Of a stretch of DNA of 64,000 nucleotides, positions 26,138 through 38,568 are shown in pieces. A program made the translations under genes and the position numbers. Every line of letters starts with the position of its first letter. The stretch's first letter is position 1. A model generated the notes under the pieces. It was not told the DNA's origin and ran no database searches. It saw nothing but the letters and a program-made list of their open reading frames with translations. This DNA comes from Octopus sinensis (taxonomy: Eukaryota). The stretch lies in NCBI RefSeq assembly GCF_006345805.1, contig NC_042997.1, positions 154,380,001 through 154,444,000 on the forward strand, read 5' to 3'.

Positions 26138-27424
26138 ATTTACACACTCACACACACACTCACGTACCAGGGTGTGCTGAAAAGTTTCTGGTTTTAAGGG
26201 TGTTGCGAAAGGCCTGCCTTCGCTTATGAGTCTTTTCAATAAAAACTGACCTGAAGCCATAATTAATACGAACAAGACAAAAAGCAAGAACAACAGTTAC
26301 AACCATGCATTACCATCATCACCACCACAGCCACCATCACCGCCGCCCCTATTACTAACAACAACAACAGCAACAACAGCGGAGCCTCTACGGGGTTGTT
26401 TCATCTGCTAGATATGAGAACTAAAGCTTCTTCATTACAAACTCTATCGATTTTAAAAATCAATGGAGAAATTAGATAATGTAGTCCCTGATACATTAGG
26501 TGCAAACAATGATATGGGATGACTACGGCTGCAATACTTTTGATCATTGATCTGTTTGGAGATGACTTGGGGACAAGCAACATCGACGAGCTTACGAGGG
26601 ATCCTCTACGTGGTCACTCAATCTGCTAGAAATAACCAAATCTCCTTCCTGATACATTATACCTTCTTAAAAAAGTGAAACACATTGGACGTTGTAGTCT
26701 TAGATCCATTATGTCTGAAAAAGAAACGGGAGGATTATAGTTGGAACTCTTTTAATTATAGACTTACTGGACAGTATTTTTCTCATTTTAACCTTAGAAA
26801 AACAAACTACTTCATTATGAAGTAAAACGATACTGTTCATAAGCTCTTCTCCCTAAGGCATTCTTAGAGCTAGGAAATTAGCGGAATAAAATAAAAAGCA
26901 AATGAGAAGAATAGAATTAACGGACATTGCTCATAGCTCTCCTTACTTAGAACTTCTCATTAGAGAGTCTGGCAAAATGCCATAATACATTTAGTTATGA
27001 TAATGTTCGTTCTTTATGATAATGTTCGTTCTTTATGATAATGTTCGTTCTTAGTTCAAATTTCGCCCAGGCCAGCTTTATATTTGAACCCTCTGGGAGT
27101 AATGAAATAAAGTTGTAATTAAGTAAGTAGTGAATGTTTAAATGTGTTACGAAGATGAAAACTGATATTTGTTGAGATTTTTGATAAAGGAGATATCTAT
27201 CCTTTTGCTACAAACGACAAAACATCGATAGAGTTTAGAGATAATGGCTCTTGGATTAGTGTGATAATAGCAACAGACAAAATGTGGTCATCTGTTGGTT
27301 GTGCTTGTTGCTTCTAATGTTTCTGGTTTCCCGCCTGTTCATTAGTATTGTGTTGTCAGCTTGGGTCAGCTGCTGTACGCCCTCTCTCGGCCGTCTGTTT
27401 GCTATTTACTTTCTCCACTCCACC

Positions 27425-27550
27425 GTCTGTTGTAGTAGCTAAGGTGTGCAGAATATATAGCGGTGGTTGGGCCCGCCAAAAATATGAAATTGCTGTTGGA
27501 GCCGGTTCCAAGCAAAGGCTTGATTGGTCAGATCTTTTCGATGACGTGGG
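27425..27550 (-). promoter_or_regulatory. Candidate Pol II promoter (CRE/UPRE, CCAAT, GC box, TATA)
   Basis: TGACGTGG 27542-27549, CCAAT 27527-27523, GGCGGG 27477-27472, TATATATT 27459-27452 in canonical order and spacing on minus strand, within a non-repeat GC-richer island. Confidence 0.45.
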
Positions 27551-27555
27551 TGTTA

Positions 27556-27775
27556 TTAGAAACGTTAGCACGCCGGGCGAAATGCTTAGCGGTATTTCGT
27601 CTGCTGTTACGTTCTGAGTTCAAATTCCGCCGAGGTCAACTTTGCCTTTCATCCTTTCGGTGTCGATTAAATAAGTACCAGTTACGCACTGGGGTCGATA
27701 TAAGCGACTTAATCCGTTTGTCTGTCCTTGTTTGTCCTCTCTGTGTTTAGCCCCTTGTGGTTAGTAAAGAAATAG
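27556..27775 (+). mobile_element. SINE family C
   Basis: High identity to 21958-22187. Confidence 0.9.
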
Positions 27776-27980
27776 GTATTATTCTAGCGAATCACAACAT
27801 CAGATATAGTGATTTGATAGCTAAATATTCCCACTACATATGTATTTCTATAATGCATCTTCGATGTGAGCGGAAGTATGCTAGTAGAAAAAGCAGCAAA
27901 GTGTTTATTTGAACAGCATTTGAATTATTGCAAATTTGTAAAGAAAACACAAAGATGACACTGTTTTAGACCCAGAGTCA

Positions 27981-28430
27981 ATGACAGAACATGTATGTGG
28001 TCATTCACCTGTTAGAAATAACAACCAATCATACTCCAATCACATCCCTCTGTCTTAAAAAGCCCTATAGACAATGACGGAACATTTATGTGGTCATTAA
28101 CATGCTAGAAATAACACTCAATCATACTCTAAGCACATCCTACTGTCTTAAAAACTTCAAAGATAATGACATAATATCTATCTGGTCATTCACCTGCTAG
28201 AAATAGTAACTAATTTCCCTTCAATCACTTCGATTTCTAAAAAAGCACCCTGAACCAGTGATAGAATATCTATGTGGTCACTCACTTGTTAGATATAATA
28301 GCCAATCTGCTGTCAGTCTATCTCACTGTCTTAAAAACAACCAGAGTCTAATGACTGAACGTCTATGGAGTCAGTCTTCTGTCTGAAATAGCCAGTTTCC
28401 CTCCAATCACACCTCACTGTCTTAACAAAA
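27981..28430 (+). repeat. Degenerate tandem array, 5 x ~92 bp
   Basis: Units ATGAC..GTGGTCATTCACCTG(C/T)TAGAAATA..CTGTCTTAAAAA starting near 27981, 28074, 28165, 28258, 28351. Confidence 0.8.
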
Positions 28431-28744
28431 ACGGGAGAATACATTAAACGTTGTCTTAGATAGAGACTGCCTGAAAGAGAGAGAGATAGAGGGGGGGCGC
28501 AGAGACAAAAGAAAATGCAAGAATCGTTGAAACTGAAACATTTATAATCATAACTCAAGTGATATGGAGTTAAATAACAACACTGACGACGACTTAGTGA
28601 GATGCTATTTAGCCTTTGGTCAGAAATACTATAGAAAAAACTATGACCAAAGGCATTCAAACTACGATTAATCCATCTTTTGTTTAGTGTATTTAAAACT
28701 TTATTCTCCAATGTGTCCTACTTTTTATTTTTTGTCTTTTGTCA

Positions 28745-29005
28745 TTTATCTTTTACTTGTTTCAGGCACTGGACTGCGTCCAGGCTGAGGCACCGTCTGA
28801 AAGGGTTTAGTGGAACAAATCAACCACTAGACTTATTTTTTTAAAAGCTTGGTACTTATTCTATTGGTCTCGTTACTGAACCACTAAGTCATGAGAACGT
28901 AAACAAACCAACTCTGGTTGTCAAGCGGCGCTACAGGACAAACACAAAGATATACATACACATATATGTGCGTATGTGTCAATATACACACACACATAAA
29001 TACAG

Positions 29006-29049
<44 letters not shown>

Positions 29050-29845
29050 GTGTGTGTGTATATGTGTGTGTGTGTATGTATGTGTGTATATTGACACACG
29101 TATGCAAATTAGGGACTCCTGCATAGAATAACTGCTGCATTTGTTGAGTATATATAGATTTTATAGAGGGGTTAAACATTTTCGGTATGCAAATTAGGGA
29201 CTCCTGCATAGAATAACTGCTGCATTTGTTGAGTATATATAGATTTTATAGAGGGGTTAAACATTTTCGGTATGCAAATTAAGGACTCCTGCATAGAATA
29301 ACTGCTGCATTTGTTGAGTATATATAGATTTTATAGAGGGGTTAAACATTTTCGGTATGCAAATTAGGGACTCCTGCATAGAATAACTGCTGCATTTGTT
29401 GAGTATATATAGATTTTATAGAGGGGTTAAACATTTTCGGTATGCAAATTAAGGACTCCTGCATAGAATAACTGCTGCATATATATATATGTATGTGTGT
29501 ATATATGTGTGTGTGTACGTATGTGTGTATATTGACGCATACGCATATATATGTGTATGTATATCTTTGTGTTTGTCACTGCTTGACACACACACACACA
29601 CACACATACACACACATACATATATATACATATCAAAGAAAATGGATTTCTTGATAATTTGTCCACTTTGATTAGATGTGTATAAATCATGTGTTTATAT
29701 GTGACGAGTTTCTTTCAGTTTCCGCCCATCAAACCCACTCACAAGGTTTTGGTCTACCTGGGGCTATACAAAAAAAAAAAAACACATGCCCATGATGCCA
29801 CATGATTGGAAAGCGAGCTTCTTACTCCCACACCCACGCCTATAC
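28745..29845 (-). mobile_element. SINE family B split by an internal rearrangement
   Basis: 3' half at 28745-28960 and 5' half at 29700-29845, separated by an inverted duplication and an 85-bp array. Confidence 0.7.
29101..29479. repeat. 85-bp minisatellite, 4.5 near-identical units
   Basis: TATGCAAATT recurs at 29101, 29186, 29271, 29356, 29441; units differ only at AGGG/AAGG. Confidence 0.97.
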
Positions 29846-30354
29846 TCGGGTATGATTTGAAAGAGATTTGACTGCTTCTTCTGACAGAAATAGCGACCTC
29901 ATAGAGGTCCTTCCGTCGGTTAGTTCACGAAGCATGTAAACAGTATGGTTAGGAAGTGTTAGAGTGTATAGACCAAGCGTTGGAAATAAAAGATGAAAGC
30001 GGAAGGGTGAGATAAAGAGGTCTGTTTGAGATTTATATATCAGAGTGCACAAAATAAACTTGTTCCTACAATGTTTATATTCCATGTTTATGTCGAGCCT
30101 TCTATACAGTTGCTTCACTGATATGAAGAATTTTGCTTTCAGGATTTTTAAGTCTCTAAGAAATTTCTAAGCAATTTTCAATCTCAGATTGGGGAGTATT
30201 TGTTTGTTTGTTTGTTTGTTTGCTTGTATGTTTATATGTTTGTTTGAGTTTTGCTCTTCTTTCCAGCTTTGCCATAGATTCTTTTGCTCGTGTAAAAAGA
30301 CTATTTGTAAAGATGAAGATTAATATTGCATTTTCATAATGCATTCGTCAGCTG

Positions 30355-30424
<70 letters not shown>

Positions 30425-31433
30425 TGTATGTATATGTGTGTGTGTATGTATGTGCGCGCATATTGTATGTGTGCACATATGTTTTTATGTGTATGTGTGG
30501 TGTATACGCAAAAGACCAACAAATGCAACTAATAAAAATATTAAAACCGTAATCACACTGAATCTTGCTCGCTCTTCTCCACATACACAGTCGCACACAT
30601 ACACGTGTACACACACATACACACACACACGCGCATAAACACATTCATACATAAATGTATAAACATATATACGCATGCATACGTACTTATAAGTATTTGC
30701 ATGTATTTATACGCATGTATGTTCGTGTGTGCATTTCTGTGCCTCTATGCTTTTGTATTTATATACCTGTCTTTGTATAACTCTGTACTTCCTTACATAT
30801 ATTTTTACCTGTTTATGTGTATGCCTGTATATGTATATATTTACATGCGTGTGTATGCACATACATTTTTGTTAGAATATATACACATGTTACTCAATGT
30901 ATTTATTGATGTTTATTTGGATTAACTCGCCGTTTATTTATTTCTTTATTCATTTCTGGAAACTAATCTCATAGATTATCATTCCTAACGTACTTTTTCA
31001 TCTTCAAATATTAATAAAAATAATAAAAAAAAATGTACTCTTGCATTTTTATTTTTATTTTTTCCCAAACTCTTTCATAAGCATACTGTATTTCCGTTTT
31101 GTGCGATTTCACGTCTTTTAATAAACCAGGAATTCTTCATAACTAACATTCGCACTTATTCTTTAACGCCGGATTAAATGAGGTTTAAAATCTTTGGTTA
31201 AGTTTGGTCTAGTTGCAATTTTTCAATAAATATTTGAAGAGGTAGGCATAGTTTGTTTTCTGAATTTTATTTAGTACTGTAACAATATTTATCTCGTTAT
31301 TTAACCCGAAGTTCAGTGGCATAGCTAGTGTTTGTTGCACCCGTAGCAGCTCTTGAGTTTGAAGCGCCTCACCCCACCATCCCAAGCCATAAGCTTGTAC
31401 AGTCGACCCGAAATGCCGCCTTATATATAATTG

Positions 31434-31650
31434 TCGGCGAGCTGGCAGAAACGTTAGCATACCGGGCGAAATGCGTAGCCGTATTTCGTTCTGAGTTCAA
31501 ATTCCACCGGGATCGACTTTGCCTTTCATCCTTTCGGGGTCGATAAAATAAGTACCAGTTAGGCACTGGGGACTATGTAATCGACTTAATCCGTTTGTCT
31601 GTCCTTGTTTGTCCCCTCTATGTTTAGCCCCTCGTGGACAATAAAGAAAT
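31434..31650 (+). mobile_element. SINE family C
   Basis: GGCGAGCTGGCAGAAACGTTAGC head and family C body. Confidence 0.88.
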
Positions 31651-31799
31651 ATATATATATACAATTGTCGCCCGAAGCAGGCTGCCCTCATAATCGCCTT
31701 GTTTCCTTGTTCCAGCTATGCTACTGCTGAAGCTGACTTTGATGGAGCTTAGTTTGCATGTAATACTATATATTATGCTGAAGGAGGTACAGCCAAATT

Positions 31800-32190
31800 G
31801 GTATGTTACTCTTACTGCTAACTTAGGATATAATAAAAGGGTTATTTGGGAAATGAAGGAGTAAATATAGCATAGGTAGCAGGATTAGGTGCAGGTTCCA
31901 GTAGAGTGTGACTCGCGAGAAGAAATTCCTGACCATATGGCCACTTAAATTTTTGCCTTGTTTGAAAGTGGACAGTGGGGTCTCCAGAAGGATTCGGATG
32001 GTTGTAAGGTTCGATGGCAGAAAACGGAGGTTATGGAGGAAATATGTTGAAAAGAAAGAAGTTGTAAGGTGGAAAGTGAAGGCGAATGGAATTCGGTTCA
32101 CAAGCGAGCGCGTGCGTAGTTGGAATGAAGGTGCTCTTTGATAGGTGGTTTGTGTTCGAGGAAGGGAAGCATCCACGATAGCATGTGAAA
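31800..32190 (-). mobile_element. Penelope-like element linker fragment
   Basis: Minus ORF ...RIPFAFTFHLTT...TTIRILLETPLSTFKQGKNLSGHMVR resembles the PLE region between RT and GIY-YIG. Confidence 0.5.
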
Positions 32191-32199
32191 GGAAATTTC

Positions 32200-32540
32200 C
32201 TCAAACTTACTGTCAAATAAATGACCTGTTGGTAACGCCAGTATTAACAAACCGTCCTACCCGTAACACGTATGTCAACATACATACGTTATGTATCATA
32301 TAAAATGAGATGTGGCGATCGCTATAACTACAATGCGATCCGGAAATTCCACACCTGTATTAAGGAATACTTACACACAAGCGCTTCCTCGGTTACGAAA
32401 TACCACGACGAATGCTGCGACTGTGAAGTAAAAATATCCATCATAGCTACTGACCGGGATATTGGTAACTTGAGGATCAAAGAGATTTTTCTCATCAAAA
32501 ACATAAACCAGAAATCAACAACGTAACTGAACTGAATTGT
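32200..32540 (+). mobile_element. Penelope-like GIY-YIG C-terminal remnant
   Basis: IRKFHTCIKEYL..SSV....ISIIATDRDIGNLRIKEIFLI resembles the RxxEH...LRIKEAxxI tail of PLE endonucleases. Confidence 0.55.
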
Positions 32541-33194
32541 ACGAAGTGGTTTTTCTAACACCATCACCTCGCTTAACTTTCACTTATTTATATTCTCTCA
32601 CCTCTCTAACCTATTTTTCACATATTTACCACATCAATACAACATATTTTACCAGACCTATCAGCTTCGTACACCCTATCCTTTTTAACCAAAGAAATTT
32701 CTCAAAATACCTTACGTAGCGACAAAATTGATGCTAAAGTTTATTTTCTGTCCAGTAACCTGGCCATCACTCCATCCTACACCTACCTCGTCACTTATTA
32801 CTGTCGCTATGCTACATTTCTAGCTGATATTTCCTGTTTTAATCAATAACAAATATAAACGCAGTAATCTTTTCGTCACGATACACGAGAATAGCCTGTT
32901 GGTAACAGCACATTTCTCCGAATTCTTTATTTTTGTTCTGTTATTTGTAAGGAAAATCTTACCCGAAATATTAAAGGATCAATGGGAAAATATATATTTC
33001 CTGTTATGGGATTTCGCGTAATAAGTTTTCTAGGAGCGCATTACTCTCGTAACTCGTGGATTTTTCCGTGTGTCTGTACCCACACACACGCTCACGCACA
33101 CACATGCTCGTGAAAACACGCATGTATATAATATTCATAGAATAGTCTTTATACTTTCAAATTTTTCAATGCATTAAAATACAATCTAAAACAC

Positions 33195-33258
<64 letters not shown>

Positions 33259-35133
33259 ATATGCTCCTGCATAGTTTCTCTTTATTAAATTTCACTTAAA
33301 GGCTATGCCCACTTCGAGTCTCTGATAGAAAACCTTTCTTGCAGAAGGATCGATACCACACCGTTGCGAAGCGAACTCCTTAATTACCTACCCATGTGTT
33401 GTTTTTGTTGTTGTTTTCTTTCTTTTTTTTCTAACTAGGAATTTTTCAACTTGTTATTTCTTCTCCTACAAATAAATCCTGAGCGGCAAAACTATAACGT
33501 ATTCCACTTCAAGGTCAACAAATCTAATTATTTGACGCTAATATTTGCATATATGACAAGGAAATAGTGTCCACTTGATGTTGAAGTAAAATCAATACAC
33601 ATAAAATCAAATACGTATGTTTGCTCGATAGCATAAGCCAAATACGTAGCATCGAAAAACGCCAAACTGTTAATCATTAATTTCTCCTGATGCTGCTGTT
33701 ATGTATTCACTGTTAGTTTCTTTTCTTTCCTGTTTGGTTTTCGATGTAAATCCTTACATAAAGTTTATGCGTTTGGTTTACAAAGCATTCATTGATAGAC
33801 TAATTAAACCACAGGGATTCTTAGTTCAGAAAAGTAGCATATGGAGAAATATTGAACGACTCAGCATCAGTCAATATTTGTCTGAAAAGATATCCCACTT
33901 ATCAATATATGAGCCAAAGCTCTTGTTCATGCGACAGAATAACTATAACTTCTCAATAAAATAAAGTAGTAATTACAATACGTGTATGTTTACCCCGGTT
34001 GCTATATACGATAAAGTATCTTTTAATGTTCTAGCCTGTAAGCGGTCGAATTTAATAACATTGTAACCTGTTGTATTATTCTTCCAGCCATAAGATAATA
34101 TCTCTTCATAAAAGAGGACGACTCACAAATCCCATTGGTGGACTTAATCCAGCATTTGGTTAACGCAGGGTCCACTCCTTTGCAAATATTCCAGCCAGGT
34201 GTTTGACTAGGGATAACATCCTTCCTTTCCTCAACTAGTTTTGGACGCTGCTCTCCATCTTCTAAATGTTACAGATTGTTATCTTTACAATTTCTCCACG
34301 TCATTGATTTACATTAATCCTGCGATCTTCAGTCTAGATTATATTCTTATTGTTTAAATCAACTTTGATTAAGCGAGTATCTGAATAACGAGTTCAAACC
34401 ATAACCATCTCCACCGATCTCATTTTCAGGTATATCCAGGAGTGCGTTATTCTCCGTTTCCTTCATTTTAGATAACGGCAAGGTGTCGTTTGAAAAAAGT
34501 TTGGCTGCTATTTCTAGTTGGTCGGGTGGCGTAGAACCTCCTGTATTGAATCGACCTTAGAACATCTCTGACAACTTGAATGCATCGACCGCAGGGTCTA
34601 AGCCAAGATTATATCAAGCAGTTGGTGTATTGGAGTTGTCACAGTTAAAGTTAGACCAGTCTTTCTTAATGTTCCGTTTTAGGTCTCTCACTTAGGATTT
34701 TGCACTGAATCTTCCCTATGCGCCAGAAAAATATCTTTTTCTGTCTCATTTTAAAATAATACTTATCTGATTAGATATTAAAAAATTGCTTAGAAGACAC
34801 TTTATTGCAACAAAATAAAGAAAACATGACTTTCTTTCACAATCCTACTTAATTGTAAATGAATTTAAATTATATCTTATTTCAGTTCAGTTAGAAAATA
34901 TAAATTCTTGATAGTTATCGCACTGTTTTTAATTGCATATATAAAATGGCAGACACAGAGTTGGTAATGTGGTTAAGACCTTTGCTTTGTAACCACGTGG
35001 TTTTAGGTTTAGTTCCACCATCAGTATCTTAGCATGACACCTTAGGCAAGTATCTTCTACTATAGTCTCGCTTGACATATGTTCTGTGAGCGAAATTATT
35101 TGACGAGAACTGCATGTATGCGTGTAAATATTA

Positions 35134-35184
<51 letters not shown>

Positions 35185-35369
35185 TTAAAAATTAATTATT
35201 AGCGACAGAAGCGACAAAAAGTAATCTTTATATCCAACTTAACGTGGATGTCTTGTTAGGATACCAAATTCCGTGTCATTAGCCTTGAAAGATCTTCTAT
35301 ATAAGTGTTTGATGCATAAAAACATACATGGATCGTAGCAGACGAGAATCGTCTGTCACAGGCGCCGTA

Positions 35370-36660
35370 TAGATTTTGGCCAAGGTGCTAGCGAAAAGGT
35401 TGGCGCGGGTCGTGGAAAGACATGTTGGCGGGGCGCAAATTAGCACCATCGCAGGCAGGTCGATCCACGATAATCTCCACCTTATACGCTACTCCTTAGA
35501 GAGGGTAGGGAAGCTTTCTGGCGCAGGGGGGGGGAGGGGCACTGGTACATTTAGACCAGTCTAAAGCATTTGATAGAGTCGACCATCGGTACAAGGCGGC
35601 GGTCCCCGAGAAGGCTGGCCTAGGCCCGACCTTCCGCGGTTGGATTGCTGCTTTGTACAGCAACATCGAGTCTGTTGTCAAAGTAAATGGTTTCCTTTCG
35701 AAGCCATTCAGGATCGAGCGGTTAGTGAGTCAGGGGTGTTCCCTGTCTCCGCTTTTGTATGTGTTTGCTCTTGAGCCATTGCTGCGGAAGTTGGAGGCAC
35801 TAGGGGGCGCGGCGAATGATCTGTGGTGTGGAAGAGGAACTACGGCGTATGTGGATGACATCTCCATCATCGAGGCGGATGAGGGCCAGCTTCCAGTGGT
35901 GGAAGAGGCTATCAAAAGTTACGAGGCGGTGGCAGGACCAAAGGTTAACAAGGACAAGTCGGTCGGTTTACAACTCGGCACCTGGAGGAGCAAACCGATG
36001 GCGTCCAATAACGTCGTTATGCGTTGGTCGAAAGGTCCTGTTAAGCTGCTTGGGGTCTGGTTTGGCCCAGACTTCCAGATAGAGAAAAATTGGAGTGAGG
36101 TAACCAGTATGGTGACTGTTCTAACCCAGACCTGGTCTGGGCGGACGTTATCCTTGCTAGGAAAGGCGGAGGTGGGGCAGATGTTTATAGCATCAGTTAT
36201 GACCTACCGTCTGACTGTGGTGCCTTGCCCCGAATGTGGATGAACAAATTGGAAAGAATTCTTTTCCGCTTTTTGTGGAAAGGAGGAAAACCGCTTGTGA
36301 AACACTCTGTCTGCTGCCAGAAACCGCTAAGGGGTGGGCTAGGGATGCCTTGGCTGAAGATGCGAAAACTTGTGTTAAGGTTGAGGTACTTCTGGATTTA
36401 CCTGGATGGGGAGCAGGTGTGGTCACCGCACGTCCGGTTCTACCTTCTGCGGTTAACGTCCTTAACGGACATTGGTACATGGATCAAGCAGAGACCTAGG
36501 CTGGGAGACTGGCAATTGGAGTGTCGCCAGGCGCTTCAGCTACTCTCTCGGGTGGGCAATGCCGGCAACAGGAGTTCCACCGCGGAATTCTATAGCGGGT
36601 TAGTGGGATCTATATCAGAAGACGCCTCGGGGGAGACCCTGGGCTACGATGAAAATCTCA
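35370..36660 (+). mobile_element. Decayed Tx1/L1-clade non-LTR retrotransposon RT fragment
   Basis: LAKVLAKRL, GRSIHDN, LDQSKAFDRVDH, QGCSLSPLLY, YVDD, KLLGVWF, GGLGMP across frameshifted ORFs 35376, 35653, 36225. Confidence 0.87.
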
Positions 36661-37645
36661 ACCGACAACGACCACTCGAATGAGGATGGATGATGGTGGA
36701 AGAAAGTGATGGGTAGCTGGACAGTATGACAATATATTCAAACAGTTCTAACATTTGAGCTGATGGTTTAAGTGGAGGAAGAGCTCAATAAAAGCAGTGA
36801 AACATTTTATTTCCGATATTGGTAAAGGGCCAAATATTTAGCGAGTAAGTTTATTACAAACCGAATCCTCCTCAGAGGGAACCTCTATGTAGTCACACGA
36901 GTTACTTGAAATAGCAGCCAAATCTCTCTTTCTCTCGTTCATATGAAATCCTACTACTTTAAATAAGTTCTACATACGGTTAAAAAGGCAAGATGAAGCA
37001 ACTTAATCCTAACATACAAATTAAGATATAAGATATCTTTAAAAAGAAAACCGCTGAAACGACTTTATTCAATCAGTGTTGTTCTGAGTTAAACAACAAT
37101 AACATTAGCAAAGCAATAGCTGATCGTTATTTCGTCAACTCCAGACTAATGAAAGACACAAGCCGACATAAAAGGGATTCGAACTAGAAACTTACAAGCA
37201 ATGTGAAATGGGCATAGCTTTTAGTCTGGCACTATACCGTCTCTGCTAATTCACCATCTATTTCATATTGATTTCTATTAGTTAGACACAAAGACGCTAT
37301 ACTGTATGTAAGGAAGAAATATAAATTATCCGCATTGTTGGCATTTACTGCATAAAATGTCAACTATGCGGATTGCTTTAAATAGGCCATACAGATCGGA
37401 TGTTAATTGATAGGTTTGCTGCACGTCTTAGGGAAGTCAAACTAAACACCATCGGGCAATAGTCATCCACCATTTCTGATCAGCAGCCAAACTTCTTAGT
37501 ACCTCACGTTTTCAGTCTTACACAACACAACATTCCTATATCTCATATACTCCTCTAGCAAAAAATCCTCTTGCACATCGGAACAGTTTAGCACTATGGG
37601 GCTAATTATTGACTTCATGTTTTTTAAACACCTAAAACCATATGA

Positions 37646-37900
37646 GTGGAGGCGCGTGGCTTAGTGGTTTGGGTGTCAGCATCATGATCGTAAGATTGTA
37701 GTTTCGATTCCTGGACCGGGCGACGCGTTGTGTTCTTGAGCAAAACACTTCATTTCACGTTGCTCCAGTCCACTCAGCTGGCAAAAATGAATAACGCTGC
37801 GATGGACCGCCGTCCCATCCAGCTTAGGAACACATACGCCATAGAAACCGGGAAACCGGGCCCATGAGCCTGGCTAGGCTTTAAAAGGGCGCATTTATTT
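37646..37900 (+). mobile_element. SINE family A head/core with tail type 3
   Basis: Shares head and core with family A up to CACTCAGCTG, then diverges. Confidence 0.82.
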
Positions 37901-38305
37901 ATTTTATCTTAAACCCATATGAACACTCACATACGCTATAATTCATGACACATACGCGCGCGCGCAACATACGACATATGCACATGTACGCATCCCAACA
38001 TTGCATACACAAGAACGCACTCTCACCACACACTAAGGAGACACGCACGAACAGTAAGCACACGCATATTCACACTACTAAAACACACATCCGTACGACG
38101 TTCCACGCAATACACACACAAGCCTCCACTTGCTCCTTGGTCACCTTTAACTATCGCTTTCTTAGCTGTAAAACCCCTTTCATCTCTTCACTTTGGGGTC
38201 TCTTTCTAGTATGTCATTAAAGATGGACATATTAGTATATATTAGTATACTAATATATATACTAATATGTCCATCTGTTCTAATTTAAATGAATTCTATG
38301 TCTTT

Positions 38306-38394
38306 GTGCAACTGAAGATTGCTCTACATTTTAAATTGATGTAATGATTGCATTGTTCAATTAAATGGAGCTGCATGAAACGATCGTACTGCAT
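38306..38394 (+). ncRNA. Type I hammerhead ribozyme-like motif, partly decayed
   Basis: GTGCAA-CTGAAGA-[long stem II with GCTC/GAGC and AATTGA/TCAATT]-GAAA-CGATCG-TA-CTGCAT; palindromic stem III, GUA triplet; mismatches at the base of stem II and in stem I. Confidence 0.6.
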
Positions 38395-38497
38395 TACCTC
38401 TCGATATCCTTGTTGCTTATTTGATTTTGTTCACCTTATTTTGAAATTGTATGGATAATACCGTACTAAATTTTGGTGCCTAAGTACAATATTCATC

Positions 38498-38564
<67 letters not shown>

Positions 38565-38568
<4 letters not shown>

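Noticed and set aside
26995-27051. 3 x 19-bp direct repeat
   Set aside because: Local slippage within a decayed SINE C-like copy
29101-29479. CRISPR-like periodic array
   Set aside because: No unique spacers; a plain tandem repeat in eukaryotic DNA
34265-34335. Minus-strand CTGAAGA...GAAA with a 5-bp stem III and AUC
   Set aside because: Stem I and stem II pair poorly; chance match likely
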